From positions 32,001-96,000 of IMG/VR virus record IMGVR_UViG_3300017774_005745: DNA of 64,000 nt. One strand, given 5' to 3'. Under the pieces are notes generated by a model. That model did no database searches, had not been told where the DNA came from, and saw only the letters and a program-made list of their open reading frames with translations. The translations under genes and the position numbers were made by a program. This stretch comes from a virus. Each line of letters begins with the position of its first letter. The stretch's first letter is position 1. Below, piece after piece: positions 1 through 8,718 of the stretch.

Positions 1-1776
1 TTGATGTTTGCCTTCCTCAAGGGAAGTGCGTTGGAGAAGGTGAGAATCGGAGCTCAGATTCTACTCGGTCTGCCTTTTGCGGAGAACCGTGGAATCATTC
101 GTTCTATTGAGAACGATTACCGTCTTGGAATCGATGGTAATCCTATCCTTGGGCGTCTGCTGGTCGAAGACACTTCAAGTACGGGAACGCCTCTCGGCAT
201 TCTCAGAGTATATACCTTCCCCATTGATCCTGCCTCTGACCTTGCAGGGCTCGATGTGAACCCCATAACGGGAGTAGAGTACAAGGTTGGAGACACCGTT
301 GAGCGCTTTGCTGCAATGAGTAAGGGAGTCGAGGTATCGGACTACATCTCAAACCCACTCCCAGCAACAAACTTCTCTCTCTCCCGACTGCTCCAACAGT
401 TCCACTCCATCCGAGTGAGAGTGAATGACGGTCTGTTTACTCTTGACGAGATTAGTCTTGTGTCTTCCTTCTTGCGGAAGATTACCCCAAGCTACGTCTC
501 TTTCTTCATATCGTCTGTCTCGGAGTTTGCTGACGACGTTGTTATTCGAGACTTCACTTCCTTTAGGATTGGAGTTGGGAGCGGAGACTTCATCGACAAC
601 ACGTCTCTCGCAATGCCTCCTTCTTTGAATTTCAGCTCAAAGAACCCATCTGCCATATTTCAAATCCAATACGATGATGGTGTCTTCTGGATTCGGCGGT
701 CAGGCTCCACTCTCAGTACGACGGATGGCTCCGGTCTTTTGACCATTCCTGATGGTGGTGTACTAACACCAAGGACTGGTGAAGACTTCGAAGGACCACT
801 CACACGTGCCGGAGACAAGGTAACTATCTACCAGGGAGTGAACGCAGGAACGTATACGGTGGCGTCTGCTACCAATACGGTCATCACCCTCTCTGATGCT
901 CCCGCGTTTGGATTCGAGACTTCCTCGAATGTCAGGTACGCCATCAAGAGAAAGATGAAATCGAAAATCACCGAAGGGGCGTCCGCAACGTTCGCCTCAG
1001 GCAACCCAATCGTAGTCCTTCAAGCAGGGCTCCGCACGGATGGAGTGGCTGTTGGAGATTGGCTGGTCAATCTCACGTCTGGGCTGCGCTACTCAGTAAC
1101 AGAGGTGATTCTCAACGGAGCGTCTTGGGATAGGGTTCGAGTCACCCCAACCCCAACAGCAAACGCCACGGTTCCTTGGATGGTCGTAAGACCGTCTCTC
1201 ATCGAGCCGTCCTATCCGGAAACTGGCACCCTTCCCATCACTTCGACGGGCGTGCCGATTCTCAGTGTCTTCGACCCGCAGATTAAGGCTCTTGCTGAGA
1301 TTGGAGATGAGCTCGAAGTTCAGGATGCCTCTTTGACTAAAGTGACTCTCTTGTCCCCTTTTACGGGTTATACGTCTCCTACCCTCCCTGCAGGGTCCTA
1401 CGGCGTGAAGCTCAAGAAGAACAAGAGAACAGGACTTGCCTGGGACCATCTTCAGAGGTTTAACCCCGAGGATGCCGCGTTTGGTGACCTCCGGGAGTCT
1501 CAGGCTCTAGCAGTCTGTACAGCCACCTCAGCAACCGTTACACTCTCTGAAGAAAGAACCACCGCACCTGCCTCTGGTCCTTCTGCGGTTAATCCAGTTA
1601 CCATCAAGGTTCTTCCAGGAGACCTCCTTATTCTTGGGGGCACGAACGGGACTGTAGATGTTGGATATGGTTTAGGTGTATACCCTATCGTAAGTGTGAC
1701 CTCTACGAACATCGTACTGGCGATGACACTCGGCACTTCTGAATCAGTTTCTTGGACCATCTCTCGGAGACGCTAA
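1..1776 (+). CDS. Baseplate wedge / tail protein (5'-truncated at window edge)
   Basis: 591-aa open frame from base 1; beta-rich T/S/G/V C-terminal domains; lies directly upstream of tail-fibre genes. Function inferred from context. Confidence 0.5.
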   Translation: MMFAFLKGSALEKVRIGAQILLGLPFAENRGIIRSIENDYRLGIDGNPILGRLLVEDTSSTGTPLGILRVYTFPIDPASDLAGLDVNPITGVEYKVGDTVERFAAMSKGVEVSDYISNPLPATNFSLSRLLQQFHSIRVRVNDGLFTLDEISLVSSFLRKITPSYVSFFISSVSEFADDVVIRDFTSFRIGVGSGDFIDNTSLAMPPSLNFSSKNPSAIFQIQYDDGVFWIRRSGSTLSTTDGSGLLTIPDGGVLTPRTGEDFEGPLTRAGDKVTIYQGVNAGTYTVASATNTVITLSDAPAFGFETSSNVRYAIKRKMKSKITEGASATFASGNPIVVLQAGLRTDGVAVGDWLVNLTSGLRYSVTEVILNGASWDRVRVTPTPTANATVPWMVVRPSLIEPSYPETGTLPITSTGVPILSVFDPQIKALAEIGDELEVQDASLTKVTLLSPFTGYTSPTLPAGSYGVKLKKNKRTGLAWDHLQRFNPEDAAFGDLRESQALAVCTATSATVTLSEERTTAPASGPSAVNPVTIKVLPGDLLILGGTNGTVDVGYGLGVYPIVSVTSTNIVLAMTLGTSESVSWTISRRR

Positions 1777-2451
1777 ATGCTTAAGGACTTCATTCGAGTT
1801 GCAGACCAGGGCTTCACAAAGCTCGTTGATAGGTTCGGAAGAGCCATTGCTGGAAGCGTTTGGTCGTCCTCGGTGGAGGGAGAAGAGAGCGTTGTTCAGG
1901 TACAGGGATGGGTCCGTGCCCTGTGTCGAGAACGCGGTAAGATTGTTCAGGGCTCCGTGAGAGAGGGCCATAACATTTGGACAAATACCGGAAGGGAGTT
2001 TCTGGCTCTTCTGATGAGCATTGAGACAGGCCCTACCACTGCATATCGAAACGATAGAATGGCCTATATTGGAGTAGGTACTGGGTCTACAGTCGAGGAC
2101 GTTGGAGTTCTCCGTCTGGTGACTCCAATCGAATACGCCACTGGTCAGTACCTGGCTCCACTCAATGTCCCACCAACGTTCCCGCTGACTCCGTCTCGTA
2201 CGACAGTCCGATACGCACGAACTTTCGCTGAGAATGAGATTACGCTGACGCCTGGTGTTCAGGTCAACATCACTGAGATGGGCTTGTTCACGAATGGCTC
2301 TCCGTCTGCCATTCCTGCATTCAATCCAGGAACCCGTCAGACGGGTATCGCAACGGCGGGTTCACAGGCACCGAACGCGTACAAAACTTTCGAGCCCATT
2401 GGCAAGACAGACTCTCTTGAGTTTGAAGTCAATTGGGAAATTCGTTTCTGA
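1777..2451 (+). CDS. Tail-fibre-associated / baseplate protein
   Basis: HNIWTNTGREFLA...AYIGVGTG...ITEMGLF pattern resembles tail collar/fibre-attachment proteins; abuts the upstream stop (TAA-ATG). Confidence 0.5.
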   Translation: MLKDFIRVADQGFTKLVDRFGRAIAGSVWSSSVEGEESVVQVQGWVRALCRERGKIVQGSVREGHNIWTNTGREFLALLMSIETGPTTAYRNDRMAYIGVGTGSTVEDVGVLRLVTPIEYATGQYLAPLNVPPTFPLTPSRTTVRYARTFAENEITLTPGVQVNITEMGLFTNGSPSAIPAFNPGTRQTGIATAGSQAPNAYKTFEPIGKTDSLEFEVNWEIRF

Positions 2452-2461
2452 GGGATAACCT

Positions 2462-5400
2462 ATGCCATCCATGGACTACTTCCGCCGTCCCCAACTATCT
2501 GGAAAGAACATCACCAGAACCACGAACGCGGTTTTGCGTGGGTCTCTTCGACGTTCAAACGCAGATGGCGTCAGTGTGGTTCCTTACTTCCCAGCCGCAG
2601 TTGCTGCACAGACGTTGAATGTTTCCATTGATGGGACGCCGTTTGTTGTTACTCTGACTGGTAACGGCATCAACACTGTCATCGCCGACATCAATACAGC
2701 TATCGGTGTTGCGGGCACTGCGTTTGACTCAGACGGTACCATCTCTATCCGTTCTGCGACGGCTGGAACTCCGAGCTCGGTTGAAGTTACAGGAGGCTCG
2801 GCTGCAACCGCACTCGGCTTCGAGGTCACGCTCGGCGGGCTTCGTGTTACTGGCGGAGATATCCCATCCTCTCCAGAAGGACGGATCGGAAATGCCGCTG
2901 GTATTGGCTTCCCGAACTCATCTGAGAATCTTACCAGTGAGTCAGTCAATCGAGCTCTCGCACGAGTCTCTGCGAACTCAGACGTTCTGTTCGCAGACTT
3001 GATGCGGCACGATGTTGTGCTCAAGCCCGTATCCTTCTCAACGTCAGATAGACGTCTCCTGACTCTGACTGCTTCTCAGCGGGTATTCATCGGTTCTCCT
3101 GGTCTGTTCACTGGTGCGAATCCGACCAAAGAAGAGCTTGTTCCGTACTACCAAGTAATCGACAACTCGAACGGCCAGCCTGCTCAGAGTAGGGTGGTTG
3201 GTGTTGTCAGAGGTTCTCCTGCTGGACTTCCTCCGTTCGCTGCTGCGACTACGTGGGTCGGTGGGGGTTCTTCTGGTTCTGTCATCAACACAAGCTTCGA
3301 CAAGGTTACTGCCGCTGCCATTACGAACATTGCAAATGGTAGAATCGTTACCTGCTCCGCAGCTAACTTCTCGGACGTCGTTGTTGGGGACTTTGCTGAG
3401 ATTACGGGAGCAACAAACACTTCTCCCATCTCAAACAACGGCGACAAGTGGGTGGTTGAGCAAGTCATCAACACGACCACTCTGGCGCTGCGTCCTCTCA
3501 CTGCAGCTCAAATCTCCGGCGTCGGGGCAACTCCAACGACAGAGGTACAGCCACTCGTAGAGTTGAGCAGCTCAAAGACTGGTCCTGAGTCTTGGGGTTC
3601 CTTGAGCATCTACAACGGGTTCTTTACGTCGCAGGCTCAGTTGATTGTCGACCCTCCACTGCCCACCGGAGGCTCGTACACTGTTCTCTGCGCCGTTCCC
3701 AGGACCTTCCGAGAAAGGCAGCCGTTTGACGAGGCACTGAATGCAAGAGCGTCGATGGTGCCTCTTGTCTCTGATGATGACCTTGTCGAGAACTGGACCT
3801 TGAGCGGATTGGTTGCCACTCCTTCTGGTCCTAACCTCGCGGTCACTGCAGGAAAGATTCGTTGGAATGGACGGGTGTACACCATCCCCGCTCGCACTTT
3901 CCTGCCAGGCGCTTTCACGAACAACACGAGAAATTACCTATACTGGGATGAGGCGACCGCAGACTACGCTATCTCTACCTCAATCTCCACCTTTGGTAAT
4001 GTGTTGGACTCTGTTGCAACGACCAACAGAGGACATCAGATCGCGGTTGTTGATTTGAGTGCAGGTGCCATCTCAAACATCATCCCAAATATTCGAAACA
4101 GGGCAGAGAAGGCCATTCCGCTTACAGTTGGAGAGGGCGGGCAATTTTCCTCAATCCCCGCAGTCGCCAGTTACATTTCCAATATCTCTGCCAACTACCC
4201 TGGAGAGACGGCGACTCTCAATGGGACCTTCCCTCACTTCGAAGTCATCATCGTTGGAAACGTATTTGGAGGATCTTCCCCAATCCCAAGGTTTACAACA
4301 GTTGGACTTACCATCAGAGGAATCAATGAGAAAGCAACGGTAGACCTTGGAGCTCTGGTAGGCGCTCTTGAGTTCGACGTAAAGTTTCTCGAAATCAGAG
4401 ACCTGAAGGTTGCTCCAGGCGTTGGGCTCGCCGGTCTCGTAAGCTCAACGGGACTAGACTCGATCGATAGAGTAACGCTCAGAAACCTCAACCAGGGCGG
4501 AGGTTCCTTTCAATCGGTCGTCATTAACGACGTCTTTGAGGCCCCTATCTCAGAGTTGATTGTTGAGGGTTGTACTCTTACTACTCGGAGCGGCATCTCT
4601 TCTTGTGTTGGAGGAGCTGGTACCGGCATTCCAAACATTAGAGTTGAGAATTCAACGTTCGAGTACGTCGGGGGTAGCGGTGTTGTTCCAAGGTTCGTCT
4701 ACAGTGCGGTAGGTCCGAACAATTGGAATGGGTCCTCCTTCTACATGTCTAATTGCACCTTCACGGGAGCATGGGGTGGTACGACCGCATGGACGGGAAG
4801 TAACTCATTCCTTCTTGCCTCGAATACAGCGTCTCGAATTACTATTCGAGATGTTGTCTGGGCAAATGGTGCGATCCCTTCGACGAACATCTCGTACCTG
4901 GTCAATGCCTCGACTGCCTTCGCACTCATCAGCAACTTCAGAATGTCCTCTGGTTCGATTCCAGTAGCTCTCAACCTGGGAGCAAATGGTATCGTCGAGA
5001 ACAGTAGCTTCACCACTACGACGTCCTTGAACAACTACGCAGTAAGCGCGAACGTCGTCAGAGGATGTTCCCTCAATCAATTGGACATTGCCGCCGCAGG
5101 GTTTTCTGGGTCTGGCATCCGTACTATCGGAGACAACGCACGAATCGAAGGAAATCTCGTCAGTGGCGGCTACTACGTCGGTATCAGAAACCCCGACTTG
5201 GCTTCGTACATCGTAGTAGCGAACAACAGAATCAACATCACGGGTCTTACGAACTCAACTGCAAATGCATTTGGAGGATGCTTTGCTGGCATTCAGACAG
5301 GAGACACAGCCGTCGGTGCTCAGGTCCTCTCTAACTCTATCACCATTGGAACTGTTTACGGAACTTTCCATGGGATTACCCCTGACTTGGGAGGATCTGG

Positions 5401-6964
5401 AGATGGTCTCGTTGTTACTGGGAATCAAATCTACCTAACAAATCCAGACAGCACCTCGTGTACGGGAATTGGGATTCGTCTGGGCTCCTCTGCGAATGTG
5501 ACCTGCGTTGGGAATTACATTCGGTCAACAGGTGGAACGGACGCAGTGTCTCAAGACATGATCGGTATTCACATGTCTGCCTGCACGGGCTCAGTAGTGA
5601 GTTCGAACATTGTATCCATGGAATCCATCCTCGGAACGAAATCTTGGAAGGGTATCCAATTCGGAGACAACGAGAACTGCACTGTCTCTAATAACAAAGT
5701 TCATTCGTTTGGGAAGCCGGTTCACGACAACGGCACATCAAGCTTCGGAATGGCCTGGCTCGGAAACGAGTTTGTCTCCACGACTGCTGTTGCAGCCGCC
5801 TCTCTGATCGACCGAATCTGGGGACGTGTCGAAGGCAATCGCTTCTACTGGAATGGGACCGGATCCGCGCAGACTCTGAGCGCCAAGTACGGACCTGGCA
5901 TTGTGAAGGGTAACGTGTCTGAGGGCGCTACCTTCACCATTCTCGCATCAGAGGAGACTATTCCTTCTGTTGTCGAAGGCAACACATCCAGTGGCGTATT
6001 CGATGTCACGAGCACAACAACCGCAACAAACATCAACTTCTCCAACAACCTCGTAACGGGGAACAGCACGTTCACGACAGTCGTCGGGGATATCAAGTTC
6101 AGTGGAAATAACGTTGGAGGGAACCTCAGCATTGCTGGGAACCAGATTCGACGTCTACTAATCACAGCTTCTAGAGTTGTTGGTACAACGACGCTCGAAG
6201 CGGCTAGCACCTCCGTCATCACGATTACTGGTTCTTCGTTCGATGGTCAGTTTACTATTACGAGCGCGCCATCTACTCTAATCTCTGGATGTTCTTTCTT
6301 CTCTACATCCACGACGACGATTGCTGCTACTCTTAGTATGTCGAACTGCCAGGTATTCGGTACTCTCTCCTTGGGTGGGTTCGCTACTCAGATTATCGAT
6401 AGCTGCCGAATTCAAGGGCAGTTGTTGTTCACAGCAGACTTCTCAAACGTCCAAGTAAGAGTATCTAACTGCACCATCATCCCTCAGGATCAGGCGCTTG
6501 ATGCCATCTCTTTCCCAGCACTCACATTCCCTGCCGATGTGCATATTTCAGTTACTGGGAATAACGTTGTCTTTGGGACCGTGAGCGCCGTCTCACCCCA
6601 GGCAAACTGCCTTCGTTTCCTCGGGAACGTAGGTCGGACTGTAATCAACTCGAACCGGTTCATCTTGGCAGGTGCTACTGCACCAGGCTCGGGAGCAACC
6701 GCTGCCTTCTCTTGTATTCGGTTCGATGGAACGACCGCTAACGGTCCAGCAGTCATAACGGGTAACTATCTGGATAGAAGAGGTGCTTCATTTGTGTACG
6801 GATTCGGGACCATCACCTACTGGCTCATCTCAGCCGCCGCAACGTCTGCTGCGACGCAACTGGCCGGGGCAGGTAATGTGGGTATCTCGAACAACGCATT
6901 CGTTGCCGGAGTGGGGTCAGGCGGCGTTCTTCTCCACGACTCATCAGCAGCCTACACTCTGTGA
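2462..6964 (+). CDS. Tail fibre / tailspike receptor-binding protein with right-handed beta-helix
   Basis: 1500 aa, G/S/T/N/V rich; C-terminal half has repeated I/V-x-G/S-N parallel beta-helix turns (IEGNLV, VANNRI, VTGNQI, CVGNYI, VSNNKV). Confidence 0.75.
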   Translation: MPSMDYFRRPQLSGKNITRTTNAVLRGSLRRSNADGVSVVPYFPAAVAAQTLNVSIDGTPFVVTLTGNGINTVIADINTAIGVAGTAFDSDGTISIRSATAGTPSSVEVTGGSAATALGFEVTLGGLRVTGGDIPSSPEGRIGNAAGIGFPNSSENLTSESVNRALARVSANSDVLFADLMRHDVVLKPVSFSTSDRRLLTLTASQRVFIGSPGLFTGANPTKEELVPYYQVIDNSNGQPAQSRVVGVVRGSPAGLPPFAAATTWVGGGSSGSVINTSFDKVTAAAITNIANGRIVTCSAANFSDVVVGDFAEITGATNTSPISNNGDKWVVEQVINTTTLALRPLTAAQISGVGATPTTEVQPLVELSSSKTGPESWGSLSIYNGFFTSQAQLIVDPPLPTGGSYTVLCAVPRTFRERQPFDEALNARASMVPLVSDDDLVENWTLSGLVATPSGPNLAVTAGKIRWNGRVYTIPARTFLPGAFTNNTRNYLYWDEATADYAISTSISTFGNVLDSVATTNRGHQIAVVDLSAGAISNIIPNIRNRAEKAIPLTVGEGGQFSSIPAVASYISNISANYPGETATLNGTFPHFEVIIVGNVFGGSSPIPRFTTVGLTIRGINEKATVDLGALVGALEFDVKFLEIRDLKVAPGVGLAGLVSSTGLDSIDRVTLRNLNQGGGSFQSVVINDVFEAPISELIVEGCTLTTRSGISSCVGGAGTGIPNIRVENSTFEYVGGSGVVPRFVYSAVGPNNWNGSSFYMSNCTFTGAWGGTTAWTGSNSFLLASNTASRITIRDVVWANGAIPSTNISYLVNASTAFALISNFRMSSGSIPVALNLGANGIVENSSFTTTTSLNNYAVSANVVRGCSLNQLDIAAAGFSGSGIRTIGDNARIEGNLVSGGYYVGIRNPDLASYIVVANNRINITGLTNSTANAFGGCFAGIQTGDTAVGAQVLSNSITIGTVYGTFHGITPDLGGSGDGLVVTGNQIYLTNPDSTSCTGIGIRLGSSANVTCVGNYIRSTGGTDAVSQDMIGIHMSACTGSVVSSNIVSMESILGTKSWKGIQFGDNENCTVSNNKVHSFGKPVHDNGTSSFGMAWLGNEFVSTTAVAAASLIDRIWGRVEGNRFYWNGTGSAQTLSAKYGPGIVKGNVSEGATFTILASEETIPSVVEGNTSSGVFDVTSTTTATNINFSNNLVTGNSTFTTVVGDIKFSGNNVGGNLSIAGNQIRRLLITASRVVGTTTLEAASTSVITITGSSFDGQFTITSAPSTLISGCSFFSTSTTTIAATLSMSNCQVFGTLSLGGFATQIIDSCRIQGQLLFTADFSNVQVRVSNCTIIPQDQALDAISFPALTFPADVHISVTGNNVVFGTVSAVSPQANCLRFLGNVGRTVINSNRFILAGATAPGSGATAAFSCIRFDGTTANGPAVITGNYLDRRGASFVYGFGTITYWLISAAATSAATQLAGAGNVGISNNAFVAGVGSGGVLLHDSSAAYTL

Positions 6965-7018
6965 TTCTCAATAAGCCTACATTCGATATACACTGAGGTT
7001 CCTCTTCAAGGAGAACAT

Positions 7019-7618
7019 ATGTTTAAGAACATTCTTTTGTTGTCTCTCGTACTTTCAACAGCGTCTCTTGCGTCCGAAGACGCAGGGCTCGTTGTGGAGT
7101 CCTCTGGTGGTGTCATCGATGCCGGTTCGATGGTCGTTGTTCTTGACCCAGTGGTCGATGCAGGAATGCCTGCAGTATCTCCAGTACTCGTCACAGACAC
7201 TTCCTCCCTCGACAATCCGATGGTGTTCGTGAAGGTGATTGTTGATGGGGTGAAGGCGGGAGACTGGGCAACTGCTGCTGCAGCTCTTCTCGTTCTTGTT
7301 GTCGCTCTCTTGAAGATGTTCGGTAAGAAGCTCCACGACTTCATTCCAGACACCAGCCCGTTGGATAAGCCACTCTGGTTCCTGTTTGATACCAAGCCTG
7401 GTGGGTGGTTGTTGAACTTCCTCTTCTCGACCGGTGCAGGTATCGGACTCTCGATTGCAGCAGGTGAGAAGGTCACCTGGGCGCTCATCAAGCCCATCTT
7501 GACCGTGTCGCTCTCTGCAGCCGCAATCTGGGGCCTCTGGAAGGACATCTCAGAGTGGATGAAGGAGCGTAAGAAGGCTCCAGAGCCGAAGCCTGAGGAT
7601 CCGAAACCGGTGGCCTAA
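7019..7618 (+). CDS. Membrane protein, holin candidate (signal peptide plus about 3 TM segments)
   Basis: AAGGAG RBS; N-terminal MFKNILLLSLVLSTASLA; hydrophobic helices WATAAAALLVLVVALL, GGWLLNFLFSTGAGIGLSIAAG, LIKPILTVSLSAAAIWGLW; charged C-tail; precedes the spanin pair. Confidence 0.45.
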   Translation: MFKNILLLSLVLSTASLASEDAGLVVESSGGVIDAGSMVVVLDPVVDAGMPAVSPVLVTDTSSLDNPMVFVKVIVDGVKAGDWATAAAALLVLVVALLKMFGKKLHDFIPDTSPLDKPLWFLFDTKPGGWLLNFLFSTGAGIGLSIAAGEKVTWALIKPILTVSLSAAAIWGLWKDISEWMKERKKAPEPKPEDPKPVA

Positions 7619-7938
7619 TGATTTACTTCGCTATGGCCACGCTCATCCTAGCTGCAATCGCAGGCGTGATTGCAGCTTCGATGATTTCTAAGGTCAAGAT
7701 TCAGAAAGCCGAGATTGGATCTCTAACGACAGAGAAGGCAGAGCTCATCAAGGAGAAGGACGCTACAAAGGCAAAGCTTGACGAAGAGACCTCAAGGAGA
7801 GAGACTCTTATCGAAGCCCTCAAGAAAGAGATCGATTCCCTTGAAAAAGACCTTGAAGCGTGCCGTGATCCTGCTGTCGTTCGTTCTCGGCTTCGGAAGC
7901 TGTTTACCGTTGAAGAAGGAAGTCCTCCCACCACGTGA
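7618..7938 (+). CDS. Inner-membrane spanin (Rz-like)
   Basis: N-terminal TM anchor followed by a coiled coil; TAATG coupling to the upstream gene; overlaps a lipoprotein ORF in another frame. Confidence 0.65.
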   Translation: MIYFAMATLILAAIAGVIAASMISKVKIQKAEIGSLTTEKAELIKEKDATKAKLDEETSRRETLIEALKKEIDSLEKDLEACRDPAVVRSRLRKLFTVEEGSPPTT

Positions 7939-8137
7939 GAACTGTCTAACGGAACCACCTCCTCGCATCATCTCCGTCGTTGATTCAGAAGCCAACTGCC
8001 CTCCTGAGTTTGCTTACTGTCTTGACCCGAACGCCGGAGCTGCTCTTGAGAAGAATACGAGAGACCTGAGAAGGTATGCGAAGGAGGCGTGGATCCGTTG
8101 TGGTGTCCCCGATGGGGGAATTCCTCCAGGCTATTAA
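7841..8137 (+). CDS. Outer-membrane lipoprotein spanin (Rz1-like)
   Basis: TTG start at 7841 gives MKKTLKRAVILLSFVLGFGSC (basic N-region, hydrophobic core, lipobox FGS-C); Pro/Cys-rich mature part; overlaps the Rz-like gene out of frame. Confidence 0.7.
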   Translation: MKKTLKRAVILLSFVLGFGSCLPLKKEVLPPRENCLTEPPPRIISVVDSEANCPPEFAYCLDPNAGAALEKNTRDLRRYAKEAWIRCGVPDGGIPPGY

Positions 8138-8183
8138 CCAGACAATCGCAGAGGGCTCTTTGCTCTGTGGAAGGAGAACTTCT

Positions 8184-8438
8184 ATGGGAATTAAAGAGCG
8201 TCTATTGGGAGTTGGAAATCAAGAGAAGGTCGCAACACTTGTCATCTACTGGGCAGATACTCAGCAGCTCCTCACCCACCTAGAGAGAACGATTCTTTCG
8301 AACCACACTACTTTAGTAGTCGATGTGACCCCTCTTGAGGTCCTTCTAGAGGATTCTATTACTGGAAGGAAAGTCGTCGTTCGAGGTATCAACGACGAGG
8401 GTCTACCGAAGTGGTTGCTTTCGCACTCTGAAGACTAA
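8184..8438 (+). CDS. Hypothetical protein (84 aa)
   Basis: AAGGAG RBS at 8171-8176 before ATG 8184; last plus-strand gene before a convergent terminator. Confidence 0.6.
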   Translation: MGIKERLLGVGNQEKVATLVIYWADTQQLLTHLERTILSNHTTLVVDVTPLEVLLEDSITGRKVVVRGINDEGLPKWLLSHSED

Positions 8439-8475
8439 AAAAGAGAGGGACTCCCGACGTCTCGGGAGTCCCTCT
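8437..8475 (-). terminator. Intrinsic terminator of the minus-strand replication block
   Basis: 14-bp stem AGAGGGACTCCCGA/TCGGGAGTCCCTCT (8444-8457/8462-8475), 4-nt loop, U-tract on the minus strand. Confidence 0.85.
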
Positions 8476-8478
8476 TGC

Positions 8479-8718
8479 TTACTTCAAAATACCAGAAGCA
8501 GCGTTGACCAACTTCATCATAATGGCCGCTCGCTCCTCTTCGGGTCTAATCAAAATACCCAAAGTGGTTTCTGCGAACTCAATCAGTTCTTGATTGGTGA
8601 GCTTCCATAGCTCGTCCGCATCTACTTCCAACAATACTGGAGGCTCTGTGTTTGGACGCCGACCAGCAGGAGGCTCCGCCTTGACCTCCTGCTGTGTTTG
8701 AGTCGGAGCCCCAACTAA
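8479..8718 (-). CDS. Open frame without a clear start: possible -1 frameshift extension of 8715..9740, or a 51-aa TTG-start ORF (8634)
   Basis: Reads ...LVGAPTQTQQEVKAEPPAGRRPNTEPPVLLEVDADELWKLTNQELIEFAETTLGILIRPEEERAAIMMKLVNAASGILK-stop and fills the gap to the terminator; not in the ORF track. Confidence 0.45.
   Translation of the reverse strand, partial: LVGAPTQTQQEVKAEPPAGRRPNTEPPVLLEVDADELWKLTNQELIEFAETTLGILIRPEEERAAIMMKLVNAASGILK

Noticed and set aside
2452-2459. GGGATAAC before the tail-fibre ATG as a promoter-motif copy
   Set aside because: It lacks the upstream MAARW box at 14 nt and is better explained as the RBS region.
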